DNA of 63,686 nt from Patescibacteria group bacterium (GTDB lineage Bacteria; Patescibacteriota; Microgenomatia; UBA8517): assembly GCA_041499035.1 (NCBI GenBank), contig JBGQJK010000004.1, positions 1 through 63,686 of the forward strand, read 5' to 3'. The notes below the pieces were generated by a model that was not told where the DNA came from, did not search any database, and saw only the letters and a list, made by a program, of their open reading frames with translations. A program made the translations under genes and the position numbers. Below are positions 25,013 to 35,051 of this stretch, piece by piece. Every line of letters begins with the position of its first letter. Position 1 is the stretch's first letter.

Positions 25013-25549
25013 TTATTTTCCCGCGTGCTTTAAAATCCATTCTGCACTGTCTACCAGATGGAGCTTTAAGGCTTCTTTTTTTGTAAACCATTTTGCCTCA
25101 AGTACCTTTCCTTCAACATCTTCCGACACCTCAGTCTTATTTGTCAGCATTAGATAAAAGAAAATTACAGTGTGATAATTAAACTCCGGAAAAATCGCTT
25201 CATAATGAGTCAGGTATTTTAATTTACCGATTAACCCTGTTTCCTCCTTCATTTCTCTTTTCGCCGCCGCCTCTAATTTTTCCCCAAACTCAACTTTTCC
25301 ACCCGGTATAATCCACCATTCCCTCCCGCCTTCTAATTTCTCTTTTGCAAATAAATACTTATTTTTATTTTTGATGAGAACACCCACTATAACTTTTGGT
25401 TTCCTATCCTTCATTATTCGTTGAAGCCTCGGCGGAATAGGCCGGCAACCGCACTCACGCGCATGATCAGCATGCCATTGGATCTTTTGATTTAAGGTTG
25501 GGTTTTTCGGCATCCTGTTCCTGAGGTGCCACTCCTTATTAATTTTCAC
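25013..25549 (-). CDS. NUDIX hydrolase with N-terminal Cys/His-containing extension
   Basis: Nudix box GGKVEFGEKLEAAAKREMKEETGL. Confidence 0.8.
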   Translation of the reverse strand: MKINKEWHLRNRMPKNPTLNQKIQWHADHARECGCRPIPPRLQRIMKDRKPKVIVGVLIKNKNKYLFAKEKLEGGREWWIIPGGKVEFGEKLEAAAKREMKEETGLIGKLKYLTHYEAIFPEFNYHTVIFFYLMLTNKTEVSEDVEGKVLEAKWFTKKEALKLHLVDSAEWILKHAGK

Positions 25550-25570
25550 TTAGTGAGATTATATACCCAA

Positions 25571-26572
25571 TTACTTAGAATGTTTTTTGTAAAAATGTGA
25601 GATATTTGGAGGCGGCGGCCACTTTTTTACGTCTTTTTCGTCGTGACCTCTAGAATGAATCTTACCAAAAGATTCATGAATAAATTTGCCGCAATCGCGA
25701 ACTACTTTCTTTAGCCAATGATGAAAATGGTTGTCCTGATCACCCCTAGGGGTTGGTGACGGAACTAAAGTGGATTCTGTCGTCGGAGTGGAAGTAGGTG
25801 TCGGAGAAGGAGTTGGTGTTGGAGTTACCGTTGGTTCATCAGCCGGGACTACGGTTGGGGTGGCGGACGGGGTTGGTGTAGGAGTCGGGGTAGGTGTTTC
25901 GGTTGGAGTGGGAGTTGGAGTAATTATCGGTTCCTCGGTGGGCAGAACCGAGGGGGTAGGCGTAGGTGTTTCAGTTGGGCTAACCAAACAATTGTACTTT
26001 CCAATATCGGTAAAACTATCTATAGCAAAACCGTCCCATTGAACTGACGGATCAAAAAAATCGGAACCGTTTGGGTCCCCTGAATCAGTGCTGCACTTCC
26101 GGGTCAGCGTATGATTCAGAGTGCTTGTCGCTCCCGTTCCCCATTCCGATCCGGGGTCTGTTCCAATTTGACCAGTAATATCGAGTGTAGAGCCATCTTT
26201 TTGTAAGGCAACTGCGTCGTTACCATTGAAATTTAAATTTCCTGACAATTGATTACATTTTGGAGAAAGAATGGAACCCGCGGATGTATGACAAATAACG
26301 TAAACCTGACCCGGATTTAAATTCGATGGGAGAGTAATAGAAATGGGGTTTGCAGAAGTTGTTGACCCATTAGTATAAACATTTACCGAATACCCCGCCA
26401 AATCAATAATAGAAGAAGTGGGGTTATATATCTCAACCGCTTTGTTGTTGCTTGTACCTTCTATATATTCGGAAAAAAACAAATCGGTTCCTTGAGCTTT
26501 GGTTTGAATTGAAATAAACGGAATGATAATAAAAAACGCAGTAACTAGAAGTGAATAAAGAATTTTTCTCAT
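25571..26572 (-). CDS. secreted lamin-tail-domain (LTD, ExeM/NucH N-terminal-like) protein with PT linker and His/Lys-rich tail
   Basis: Signal peptide, then [40 protein letters not shown]...VYVICH (LTD pattern) and a ~70-aa PT linker. The tail reads [14 protein letters not shown]...HSRGHDEKD...KKHSK. Confidence 0.6.
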   Translation of the reverse strand: MRKILYSLLVTAFFIIIPFISIQTKAQGTDLFFSEYIEGTSNNKAVEIYNPTSSIIDLAGYSVNVYTNGSTTSANPISITLPSNLNPGQVYVICHTSAGSILSPKCNQLSGNLNFNGNDAVALQKDGSTLDITGQIGTDPGSEWGTGATSTLNHTLTRKCSTDSGDPNGSDFFDPSVQWDGFAIDSFTDIGKYNCLVSPTETPTPTPSVLPTEEPIITPTPTPTETPTPTPTPTPSATPTVVPADEPTVTPTPTPSPTPTSTPTTESTLVPSPTPRGDQDNHFHHWLKKVVRDCGKFIHESFGKIHSRGHDEKDVKKWPPPPNISHFYKKHSK

Positions 26573-26691
26573 AAAACAATAGTTTCTTAACTCTGAATAT
26601 ATAATTCAATATTTTAATGAGATTTGTCAACTATAACTTAATGAGTCTTATCGTTTAGAAAGGTATCTGACATTCACGGAAGGCCTCCGGT

Positions 26692-27420
26692 TCAATCTTT
26701 CTTTTTTATTTTCTGAAATATAAATACGGACACCGGTAAGAGCACCCCAGCCGCCATAATACCGATCCCTAAAACTTTAAAGTTTAAATTGATAGCCTGA
26801 GTTGAAACTTTTGGTGCAGGAGCATCTTTAAGCTCGAAAAGGCCTTTGGGTTTATCTATAACCAAGCCCGATACTGCTGAGTTGTCCGAAACACTAGTCT
26901 GCCCAACGCTTGGATCAACCGTGGGTACAGCTGTCGCGGGTACTGGATTTACAACAACGGAAATTTCGTTGGAAAAGCCGCCGGTGCCACAGTTATTGTT
27001 AGCAGCAACAACAAAAAAATATTTTTTATTACCGGCCAGTCGTCCAACAGTAAAACTTGTCGTCCCTTGACTGCCAATATTTGGGTCGCCAAAAGTATAT
27101 TTTCCGGGACTGGCTCCATACGAAACTAAATAATTAGTTACAGGGTCGGCAACGTCGGCCCAGGTCAGAGTGGCTTGATTATCTGAATTAGAAACCACTG
27201 AACTCAGTGTCGGAATAGCAGGAACACTTGTGCAAGAGCCGATTGGTGTTGGTGTTAGGGTGGGAGTTCCGGTTGGAGTTTGTGTCGGGGTTGGTGTGGG
27301 GGTTGGAGTATCGGTAGGTATGGCTGTAGGTGTCGGGGTTGCAGTCTGAGCAGAAACCACAGTGGGCAGGAACAAAAAGAGGGCAAAAATGGCAACTACT
27401 GTCACTAATGATTTTTTCAT
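26692..27420 (-). CDS. secreted fibronectin type III domain protein with C-terminal TM anchor
   Basis: Signal peptide and PT linker, then ATLTWADVADPVTNYLVSYG...KKYFFVVAANN (FN3-like). It ends in a C-terminal TM helix plus KKIKKKD. Confidence 0.55.
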   Translation of the reverse strand: MKKSLVTVVAIFALFLFLPTVVSAQTATPTPTAIPTDTPTPTPTPTQTPTGTPTLTPTPIGSCTSVPAIPTLSSVVSNSDNQATLTWADVADPVTNYLVSYGASPGKYTFGDPNIGSQGTTSFTVGRLAGNKKYFFVVAANNNCGTGGFSNEISVVVNPVPATAVPTVDPSVGQTSVSDNSAVSGLVIDKPKGLFELKDAPAPKVSTQAINLNFKVLGIGIMAAGVLLPVSVFIFQKIKKKD

Positions 27421-27526
27421 CAGCTAAGAAAGGTCTTTAACGCGCAAGATTAAAATGACCCAAAAGATTATACCTAAGAGTTCCCCGAAAAGGAATCCCG
27501 TGACCGAAAGCTAGTATAATAGCCTT

Positions 27527-28234
27527 ATGGATAAAATCAAAAATATTCAAAAAGAAACAGCCTTGTACTTAAGCAAACTTTTAGAAAACACCAAAAGAAA
27601 AAACAAAAAAGTTCTACTTCTTTTATCCGGGGGCTCGAACCTTGATTACCTTAACCATATTTCGACTGAGAATATTGATAGCCGTGTAACAATCTCCACA
27701 CTGGATGAACGCTGTACAACGGATCCGACAAAAAACAATATGGCTCAAATCAAAAACACTACCTTTTATGGCCGGTCTAAAAAGAACGGCTGCAATTTTA
27801 TAGATACAACTATTCAGAACGGAGAAAGCAGAACTCAAATGGTTGCGAGGATTAATCAAAAACTATTGGATTGGTTTGAAAAAAATCCGGAGGGAGAAGT
27901 GATTATTACTGCAGGGATAGGAGCCGACGGACACATAGCCGGAATGAAACCTCTTCCTAAGGAAAAATTCAATGACTTATTCGCTAATGGAAATCCTGAT
28001 CAACTTGTTGTTGGCTATGATGCATCAAACGTTGATCCGGAAAATCCGAAGAGGAATACAACAACTATGAATTTTTTTAGAAAGGTTAAAAATTATGCCA
28101 AGGTTATTCTCTACGCGATAAATAAAGATGAGGCTCTGCAGAAAATCGCAGCCCGGGAAGGACTGTTAAACGAAACACCCGCAAGGGTTTTGAAAGAGAT
28201 GAAAAACGTGACAATCTTTTCAAACACCCTCTAA
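27527..28234 (+). CDS. 6-phosphogluconolactonase / glucosamine-6-P isomerase family protein
   Basis: VLLLLSGGSN, STLDERC and GIGADGHIAG motifs of the SugarP_isomerase family. Confidence 0.55.
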   Translation: MDKIKNIQKETALYLSKLLENTKRKNKKVLLLLSGGSNLDYLNHISTENIDSRVTISTLDERCTTDPTKNNMAQIKNTTFYGRSKKNGCNFIDTTIQNGESRTQMVARINQKLLDWFEKNPEGEVIITAGIGADGHIAGMKPLPKEKFNDLFANGNPDQLVVGYDASNVDPENPKRNTTTMNFFRKVKNYAKVILYAINKDEALQKIAAREGLLNETPARVLKEMKNVTIFSNTL

Positions 28235-28708
28235 AACAGGAAGCGGGAATTTTTTCTTAAGAAATTTTTTATAGAGTTCAAGCGAGTCGAAGAAGTCAAA
28301 AGCTATTTGTTCCTTTGACGGCAGATTGTCTAAATCAAACCACTTTAACTCGGTTACCTCTTCCGTTTGAACAGGTACTTGGCTGACTGCCCTGGCAGTA
28401 AAAATCATGTCCATATTCTGCCTATCTTCCTTCGTCCTATTTGGAGAATCATTAATACGAAACAGTTTTATGTCATCAAGCCGGTAACCCGTTTCCTCTA
28501 AAGTCTCGCGCTTAACCGCTTCAACTAAAATCTCATCCCTGTCAAAATACCCGCCAATCAGTCCCCACTTACCATGTTCCAATATTGGTTTACCGTTATA
28601 AGTTCCCCTTTTACATAAAAGAACCTTACTATCTTTCACAATAATAGCGCTAACAACTATGTGTCTCAATCCGACTTTATTACCATTTTCAAAATAACAA
28701 GTAATCAT
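28220..28708 (-). CDS. NUDIX hydrolase
   Basis: Nudix box GGYFDRDEILVEAVKRETLEETG. The 3' end overlaps the convergent gene by 15 nt. Confidence 0.8.
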   Translation of the reverse strand: MITCYFENGNKVGLRHIVVSAIIVKDSKVLLCKRGTYNGKPILEHGKWGLIGGYFDRDEILVEAVKRETLEETGYRLDDIKLFRINDSPNRTKEDRQNMDMIFTARAVSQVPVQTEEVTELKWFDLDNLPSKEQIAFDFFDSLELYKKFLKKKFPLPVLEGV

Positions 28709-28735
28709 AATTGGTATTATACTTGTATAACAATC

Positions 28736-29200
28736 ATGTTAAAAGAAGGGTCAAATGCGCCGGATTTTGACTTGCCCGACCAAGACGCTCGTAATCACAA
28801 ACTTTCAAGTTATAAAGGCAAATGGGTAGTTTTATATTTTTATCCTAAAGACGACACTCCGGGTTGTACCAAGGAGGCCTGCAATTTTAGAGATTCATTT
28901 GAAGAGATGCAAAAATTAGGAGTCCAGATTTTAGGGGTTTCCAAGGACTCGATCAAATCGCATAAAAAGTTTGCCGAAAAATACGACCTGAACTTTCCTA
29001 TTTTGAGCGACGAGGATAAAGATGTTATTAAGAAATACGGCGCGTGGGGTTTAAAAAAATTTATGGGCAGGGAATATGAAGGAATATTCCGTATGACGTA
29101 TTTGATAAATCCCGATGGAGTAATCAAGAAAGTCTACGAAAAAGTTAACACTCTAATTCATGCATCGGAAATTCTATCTGATCTAAGAGATTTAAGTTAA
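28736..29200 (+). CDS. bcp: thioredoxin-dependent peroxiredoxin Bcp
   Basis: MLKEGSNAPDFDLPDQ...VVLYFYPKDDTPGCTKEAC is the PxxxTxxC peroxidatic motif. The ATG at 28736 is preferred over the longer track ORF (28661), which overlaps the divergent gene. Confidence 0.85.
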   Translation: MLKEGSNAPDFDLPDQDARNHKLSSYKGKWVVLYFYPKDDTPGCTKEACNFRDSFEEMQKLGVQILGVSKDSIKSHKKFAEKYDLNFPILSDEDKDVIKKYGAWGLKKFMGREYEGIFRMTYLINPDGVIKKVYEKVNTLIHASEILSDLRDLS

Positions 29201-29209
29201 AATAGATAC

Positions 29210-30376
29210 ATGCTTCAAAAAACACTAATCGTCTGGGCCGGAATTCTTGCCGGGATTTTCTTAGCCTATTTTTTGGTAACGAAGACAAATACCTTAAATA
29301 TTGGTAGCAAAAACTCAAGTGTTGCCGACGTTTTTAAGCCACCTCAAAAAACTGTTATTGGCTTTTTACCATTTTGGCTTATAGATAAAGCTCAAAGCGA
29401 CTATTCCTCCTACATAACACAGCTTTCATATTTTAACGTGACTATTGATGATAATGGGACTATTCAGAAGTTTACTGGCCCCGGACAGTCCGACCCGGGC
29501 TGGCATTCTCTTTCAACGGGAAAAATAGATGATTATCTTGCGGGCGCAAAATCAAAAGGAATCGAGCTATCGCTGACGGTTTTTAGCGGTAACGATAAGA
29601 AAATCGATAAGTTTTTGGAAGACCCCACGGGAAGCGCGCAAAATCTGGTGAATGAACTATCGCCGGTTATGAGTCAATACGGTTTTACCGACCTGAATCT
29701 GGATATCGAAAAAGTTTCCGAAGCCAGTCCCGAAGCAAGATTAAAGTTTACTAATTTTGTTAGTGAGGTGCGGAGAAATCTGGACAAAGATATTTCTATA
29801 ACGGTTGACATCCCACCGGTTGCTTTTGTTAAAGACAAAAACCTGAGTGACCCGAAAACTCTTGCGCCATTAGTGGACCATGTAGTTTTAATGGATTACG
29901 ACTTTCATAACCCCGGATCTTTTGTAACCGGACCGGTCTCGCCGGAATCGGGTGCCGGAATTGTTTCCGAATTCGACACGGAAAGCGCAGCTGAGGCGGC
30001 TCTCACCATGGTTCCCGCGCAAAAATTAATACTAGCAGTTCCTCTATACGGCTACTCCTGGGAAACACTTAATAGCTCCCCCCGCTCTGCGGTTCTGCCG
30101 GGATCGGCTTACTCAATCAGCAGCCAGTTGGTTGACGATTTACTGGCTCGCTGCGCAAGTTGTTCTGCTGAGTTTGATAAAACGGATGGAGAGAGCCACA
30201 TTATCTATAAAGATACGGAAACGGGAACATATCATCAGATATTTTATCCCGACAAAACTTCTACCCAAACAAAAGTTGACCTGGCAAAATCGCAAAATTT
30301 GGGAGGGATGGCCCTTTGGGCGCTTGGATACGAGGGGGGGACTATCTTACAACCACTCGCCGGGTACCGTCGTTAA
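29210..30376 (+). CDS. membrane-anchored glycoside hydrolase family 18-like protein
   Basis: N-terminal TM helix. FTDLNLDIEK supplies the D-x-E catalytic end of the GH18 motif. Also LGGMALWALGYE near the C-terminus. Confidence 0.65.
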   Translation: MLQKTLIVWAGILAGIFLAYFLVTKTNTLNIGSKNSSVADVFKPPQKTVIGFLPFWLIDKAQSDYSSYITQLSYFNVTIDDNGTIQKFTGPGQSDPGWHSLSTGKIDDYLAGAKSKGIELSLTVFSGNDKKIDKFLEDPTGSAQNLVNELSPVMSQYGFTDLNLDIEKVSEASPEARLKFTNFVSEVRRNLDKDISITVDIPPVAFVKDKNLSDPKTLAPLVDHVVLMDYDFHNPGSFVTGPVSPESGAGIVSEFDTESAAEAALTMVPAQKLILAVPLYGYSWETLNSSPRSAVLPGSAYSISSQLVDDLLARCASCSAEFDKTDGESHIIYKDTETGTYHQIFYPDKTSTQTKVDLAKSQNLGGMALWALGYEGGTILQPLAGYRR

Positions 30377-31004
30377 AAGTTAAAGTCTTGCCGGCATGTA
30401 CCGTTAAAACTCTGCTAATGTTACTAATATTGTTGTAGGCAAAGGTTGCGCTTCCAGAATTTACTTTCACTGTAACAATAGGCCTTGTTTTGTCAATTGA
30501 AACAAGTACGTCCCCATTATTTTCAATTAATAAATGATAAGAACGTATCGTTACCGGAATACCCGCTAATTTTTTGTACTCCGCAGTTCCGCTACTTTGC
30601 GAGAAAACTATGTCGGCGGGAAGAGTTTGAACTATCCCGACCGAAGTATCCGGAAATATCCCGAGCTCCGCCGCTTTTTCGAATGTCAGAATTAATTTCC
30701 CATCGGCGCCCGTCGATAAGCTTTCCCCTTGTTGAATAGGAACAGGGGAAACAATTTTAGCAGCTTCGGTTGCCAATCTGCTTTCATATTCAACATCCCC
30801 TGTCATTGAAGTAATTGAGCCAACCAAACTCTGACTTGGCGCTTTTTCTAAAGAAAACCGGGAAAACTTTACCAAGTCCGAAAAAGAAACCGAGGGGATA
30901 TTTGGAATCGAGATAGTTGAAATTTTTTGAGTCAATTTAAAATAACCCACGACTGCGATTATTGTTATCAAAAACGGAATTAAAAATAAAACTGCTTTTT
31001 TCAT
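30342..31004 (-). CDS. hypothetical anchored protein, FecR-domain-like
   Basis: TM helix, then GSITSMTGDVEYESR...IQQGESLSTGADGKLILTFEKAAELGIFPDTSVGI, which resembles the FecR fold pattern. Confidence 0.4.
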   Translation of the reverse strand: MKKAVLFLIPFLITIIAVVGYFKLTQKISTISIPNIPSVSFSDLVKFSRFSLEKAPSQSLVGSITSMTGDVEYESRLATEAAKIVSPVPIQQGESLSTGADGKLILTFEKAAELGIFPDTSVGIVQTLPADIVFSQSSGTAEYKKLAGIPVTIRSYHLLIENNGDVLVSIDKTRPIVTVKVNSGSATFAYNNISNISRVLTVHAGKTLTFNDGTRRVVVR

Positions 31005-31005
31005 T

Positions 31006-31761
31006 TTACAAAGAATGAAGATAATCGGCTAAACCGTCTTCGCTCACTAGTCTAATCACCTTGTTTGCGACCTCTTTTAATTCGGGAACGGCATTCCCCA
31101 TTGCAACTTTATAATTCACGGCATTGAAAAGGTGGATGTCATTATACCCATCGCCGATTCCTATCGTGTCTTCTTTGCCTACTTTAATTAACCTTAGTAG
31201 CTCAGCGATAGAATGTTCTTTTGTCGCCGAATTATTTATTACGTGTATATCACGGCATCCCGGTTTTTGGGAAACAACCATAACTGCAGCAACTCCTTTT
31301 ATTCCAGTCAACTTTCTATGTATCTCCTTTGCTATTTCATCGGGAACAAAAACTTGCTCGAGAAAATATACTGGTTCGCGATTTACAAACTCATTCGGAA
31401 ATATTCCGCCATTAAAGTAGTCATCTTCTGTACTGTCGTTATATAAGAGTTTCCAGTCATTGTACTGTTTAAATACAGCAGCCGCCTCTTCTAGCGTTTC
31501 CTGTTCCAGATTCTTCTGCCAAACAATCTCTCCTGTTGAAGGATTACAAATCTGCGTTCCTGCAGAAATTATGGATAAATCTTTTAAATTAAGTGCTTGC
31601 AAAACGGGTTTAGCAAATGTCCAAACCCTCCCGGTTGCAGCAGAAAAGTAATACTTGTCGGATAGCCTCTCAATTTCCCTAATCAAATTATCGCTAGGAA
31701 TTTTTTGCTGAGGCGAATCAACAGCCGTTCCGTCCAAGTCAAAGATTATTGCTTTCTTCAT
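31006..31761 (-). CDS. HAD-IIB (Cof-type) phosphatase
   Basis: IIFDLDGT motif I, SAATGR motif II region, and GIGDGYNDIHLF motif IV. Confidence 0.8.
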   Translation of the reverse strand: MKKAIIFDLDGTAVDSPQQKIPSDNLIREIERLSDKYYFSAATGRVWTFAKPVLQALNLKDLSIISAGTQICNPSTGEIVWQKNLEQETLEEAAAVFKQYNDWKLLYNDSTEDDYFNGGIFPNEFVNREPVYFLEQVFVPDEIAKEIHRKLTGIKGVAAVMVVSQKPGCRDIHVINNSATKEHSIAELLRLIKVGKEDTIGIGDGYNDIHLFNAVNYKVAMGNAVPELKEVANKVIRLVSEDGLADYLHSL

Positions 31762-32783
31762 TTTAGGTACTTGTCAAAAAAGGTAACCGTTCTCTGCATT
31801 GCCAATGCAAAACCCTGATTAATATCATGGTTAGCGCCGGGGTATTCATAGTATTCGGTAACTTTGCCAGAAGCTTTCAATTTTTCATAAAGAGTCTTGG
31901 AGAAGTCGGGTGGAACTTGCGGGTCGGCAAGGCCAACATGAATTTGAAAAGGAGCGCTTATAAAATTTAAATTGAAAGTCGGGTCAATCGAATTCCAGAA
32001 ATCAGGGTTTTGGGAAGGAGTCCCATACGCCGCCAGTAAACTCTGTGAACCTAGATTTCTTAAAGATAAGTCTTCGGCGTTTGGTTTATAGACAACTCTA
32101 TTTTGCCAGTTATAAAGGATGTCGCTATAACTCCCTACTACTCCTCCCCAAATCACCGCGGCCTTTATATCTTTAGAAACCTCCGAGGTCCTAAGTGTAA
32201 TATTCCCACCCATCGAGTGTCCCCAAAGCCCGATTTTGTCAGGATTGGCGTCAGGATATTTTTTAATTGATACTACTGCATTCAAATCATCAATTGGGTA
32301 GTTAGGAGAAAAATATGTACTTCCCGGAGACCCTTCGGATTTGCCGTTACCCCGGTAGTTGGGCTTAATAACTATGTAGCCCGCCTTTGCTAATGCGTCG
32401 ACATAAGCAATATAATTTCCGTCAGGGGTATAAAGTTCGGGTGTAATATAACCGTGATTAAAAACAATTACAGGAAATCCCTTTGCCGGCTTGCCACTTT
32501 TCGGAACGGTTAAAAGCGCGTACTCTTTTAACCCGTCAGCGATAAATGATGCAATATAGCGGTTGTAATTACTACCCGGAGAAAGCGTTTCCTCAATTTT
32601 TACATCGCTTCCGGGATAACCCTGGCTCCTCATGAAACTAATATTCATAGGACTATTTAGGGGTGTAGTAACCGGGGAAGGAAAAATCGTGGTTTGAATA
32701 TTCTTTGTCGTATTTTTTGGCAAACCCAAATAAATTACTCCTAAAATGGCGGCAGTAATTAGAACAGGAGCAATATACTTCAT
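31758..32783 (-). CDS. secreted alpha/beta hydrolase (S9/dienelactone-hydrolase-like)
   Basis: N-terminal anchor, the nucleophile elbow GLWGHSMGG, and a C-terminal GANHD His region. Confidence 0.7.
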   Translation of the reverse strand: MKYIAPVLITAAILGVIYLGLPKNTTKNIQTTIFPSPVTTPLNSPMNISFMRSQGYPGSDVKIEETLSPGSNYNRYIASFIADGLKEYALLTVPKSGKPAKGFPVIVFNHGYITPELYTPDGNYIAYVDALAKAGYIVIKPNYRGNGKSEGSPGSTYFSPNYPIDDLNAVVSIKKYPDANPDKIGLWGHSMGGNITLRTSEVSKDIKAAVIWGGVVGSYSDILYNWQNRVVYKPNAEDLSLRNLGSQSLLAAYGTPSQNPDFWNSIDPTFNLNFISAPFQIHVGLADPQVPPDFSKTLYEKLKASGKVTEYYEYPGANHDINQGFALAMQRTVTFFDKYLK

Positions 32784-32829
32784 TCTAGTATTTTATCACG
32801 TAGTGCTTACTAGCACGGAGTGTCCGAGA

Positions 32830-34287
32830 TCACGCAAACCCGGGGAAGTAGTCGGTTATGATCTGGGTTCGGGGAACTTCAAGATTTTTTAGAACTTCCT
32901 CAAACGCAGTTACAACTCCATGACTTCCGGAAATGTAAAAGGTCCGTTCTCTATAATCCGGAATTTCCTTTGCAATCCGCGTTGCCTCCATGTGACCTTG
33001 AGAGGCAGTTTCAACATAAATAGTTTTAATACCAAGCCTATTCTGGGCTTGAGTTAGAACGTCTTTGTAAACAAACTCATTTGCTTTACTTACAGAATAC
33101 AAAACTACAATATCGCGTTTTTGATTTGTGTCGACTAAATATTTGAGCATGGAGCGGAATGGAGTTATTCCAATTCCCCCGGCAATAAAGACCAACTTTT
33201 TATTAGGATCTTTAGGAAGTGTAAAGTCGCCAATGAGCTGCCCCGCCGCAATCTTTTGGCTAGATGTCATTGTCAGTAAATTTCTTTTGTAAGAACTTGG
33301 CGGATTGCCGAATTTAATTCCTAACCGGATTTCCGATTCTGTGGGGGAGTTGGCAAGTGAAAGGTAGCGTCTGTTGCCGCGTGAATCGGGATTCGGATGA
33401 TCAAAAGTAAATTCCATGTACTGACCCGGAGTAAACCGGATGGGTTTATCCACCGCAAAAACAAAATCAAAAGTATCGGGAGTAAGGTGAATCCTTTGTT
33501 TTAACCTTAATAGCACTTTATATTTCGGACTTACTATGTACGCAAAGACATTGCCGACAATAAGCGCAAGCTCAGGAGTCGTAAAAATTGGCCCGATATG
33601 AACTTGCGGAGCGAATAAAATTCCAACCATTGCTCCGTAAATAATCCTGAGCCACCTGGTAGGAGGAGTGGTTAAAGGTTCAGTCATCATTATTGACGCA
33701 AAAAATACTAATGGAGAGTCAGTTAGAATTCGTCCCCAACGCGCAGGTCCGATAAAAAGAAGTGCTGCGGCCAAAAAAGCCAATACCAAATCCCACCTTC
33801 TTAACTTTTTAACAATTAAAAACCCTCCGATTGCCACAACGGGAAGTAGCGAGATGCTACCCACCCACCAGCTTGGCGAACCATTGATAGCAAAAGCGGT
33901 AATCGATGTTGCCAGGGCAACCGGATTAAAGATGTGTTTTTTATTAATAGCAAAAATAAACTTGCCTGCCATGGCAAGTATTGCCGCCCAACCGACAAAA
34001 ATTACATCATGTAGGGTTTTTGGCGGTGTGATAATGAGGCCCAAAATAAGAGCCGAGATCCAAATTGATTCAACATTGGTAGGCGCTTCAAAAGCTTTGG
34101 CAAAAACCCAATTTGTAACATATGCAGCCACAAGGATGAACGTAAACGAAAAAATATAATTAATCGGGTCATAGGGAAGTACGCCAAAAAGGGAATACAG
34201 AAGTCCAACCCCGGCAAGGATTATCAAAAACCAAAGTACCAAACGGTACATGGTTATATTATTTAAGAAATCGTCGATTATCTTCAT
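32830..34287 (-). CDS. fusion of RnfD/NqrB-like polytopic domain with ferredoxin-NADP reductase-like FAD/NAD(P)-binding domain
   Basis: The N-terminal ~250 aa is polytopic, with HIFNPVA and MMTEPLTTPPT. The C-terminal part has RRYLSLANSP (RxYS FAD motif) and FIAGGIGITPF (NAD(P) motif). Confidence 0.6.
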   Translation of the reverse strand: MKIIDDFLNNITMYRLVLWFLIILAGVGLLYSLFGVLPYDPINYIFSFTFILVAAYVTNWVFAKAFEAPTNVESIWISALILGLIITPPKTLHDVIFVGWAAILAMAGKFIFAINKKHIFNPVALATSITAFAINGSPSWWVGSISLLPVVAIGGFLIVKKLRRWDLVLAFLAAALLFIGPARWGRILTDSPLVFFASIMMTEPLTTPPTRWLRIIYGAMVGILFAPQVHIGPIFTTPELALIVGNVFAYIVSPKYKVLLRLKQRIHLTPDTFDFVFAVDKPIRFTPGQYMEFTFDHPNPDSRGNRRYLSLANSPTESEIRLGIKFGNPPSSYKRNLLTMTSSQKIAAGQLIGDFTLPKDPNKKLVFIAGGIGITPFRSMLKYLVDTNQKRDIVVLYSVSKANEFVYKDVLTQAQNRLGIKTIYVETASQGHMEATRIAKEIPDYRERTFYISGSHGVVTAFEEVLKNLEVPRTQIITDYFPGFA

Positions 34288-34325
34288 CGTTTAATATGGT
34301 CTTCGTCACACTTACATAATATATA

Positions 34326-35051
34326 TTATGTAAGTGAAACGTATTTTTCGAAACCGGATGTGTAGGTCGCTATTCCATTCTTATCTATCATGTAACCTTC
34401 CAGTCCACTTCGAGATTCTATAAATTCAATGCCCACTCTGCCCATTGCAAAAGCCGGGGTAGAGGATTTATCCGCTTCGTAAACATCTTTACCTATTACA
34501 GTTAAACTAACAATATCTTTTATTTCTTTCTCCTTGGTAATTGGGTTGTAAATATGCTGACCTCTTTCATAAGTTCCGCTAGTTGCAATCCCGCAGTTTG
34601 AAAGTTTGAGAACTTTAACGATCTCTTTAACATTAAACGGATTCCTAATCCCCCACTTAAATGTTCCTGCAATTTCGGCATCTCCCCCTGCGTCAACAAA
34701 AAAATTTTTGTATCCGGCCTGCCGTAATATGTCCGCCGCATTTTTAATCGCCCAGCCTTTGACAATTCCGGAAGGGTCAATGCTACCGTCCGGTTTTTTA
34801 ATGTCAAAATAGCCCTTCGTTTCTTTCTTTAAGTCCTGTGCCAGCCGAAGGATTTCCTCCATCTCTTTACTTATTCTCTCTCCTCTGTTTAACTTACCTA
34901 CCTCGCTGGTTTTTTTAAAAGGACTGTACTTTTCATCAACTTCGCGTAAATAATCAAAGACCTTCTCAATGTCCCTATTTGCAATTTGATATTTGATATT
35001 TGAAATTTCTACCGTGATGGGCATCCCCATAATGGAAGCCAATCTTTTCAT
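34326..35051 (-). CDS. apbE: FAD:protein FMN transferase (ApbE family), short form without obvious signal peptide
   Basis: Contains MGMPITVEI, DPSGIVKGWA, GIATSGTYERG and ADKSSTPAFAMG, which are ApbE family blocks. The start overlaps the upstream stop by 4 nt. Confidence 0.7.
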   Translation of the reverse strand: MKRLASIMGMPITVEISNIKYQIANRDIEKVFDYLREVDEKYSPFKKTSEVGKLNRGERISKEMEEILRLAQDLKKETKGYFDIKKPDGSIDPSGIVKGWAIKNAADILRQAGYKNFFVDAGGDAEIAGTFKWGIRNPFNVKEIVKVLKLSNCGIATSGTYERGQHIYNPITKEKEIKDIVSLTVIGKDVYEADKSSTPAFAMGRVGIEFIESRSGLEGYMIDKNGIATYTSGFEKYVSLT

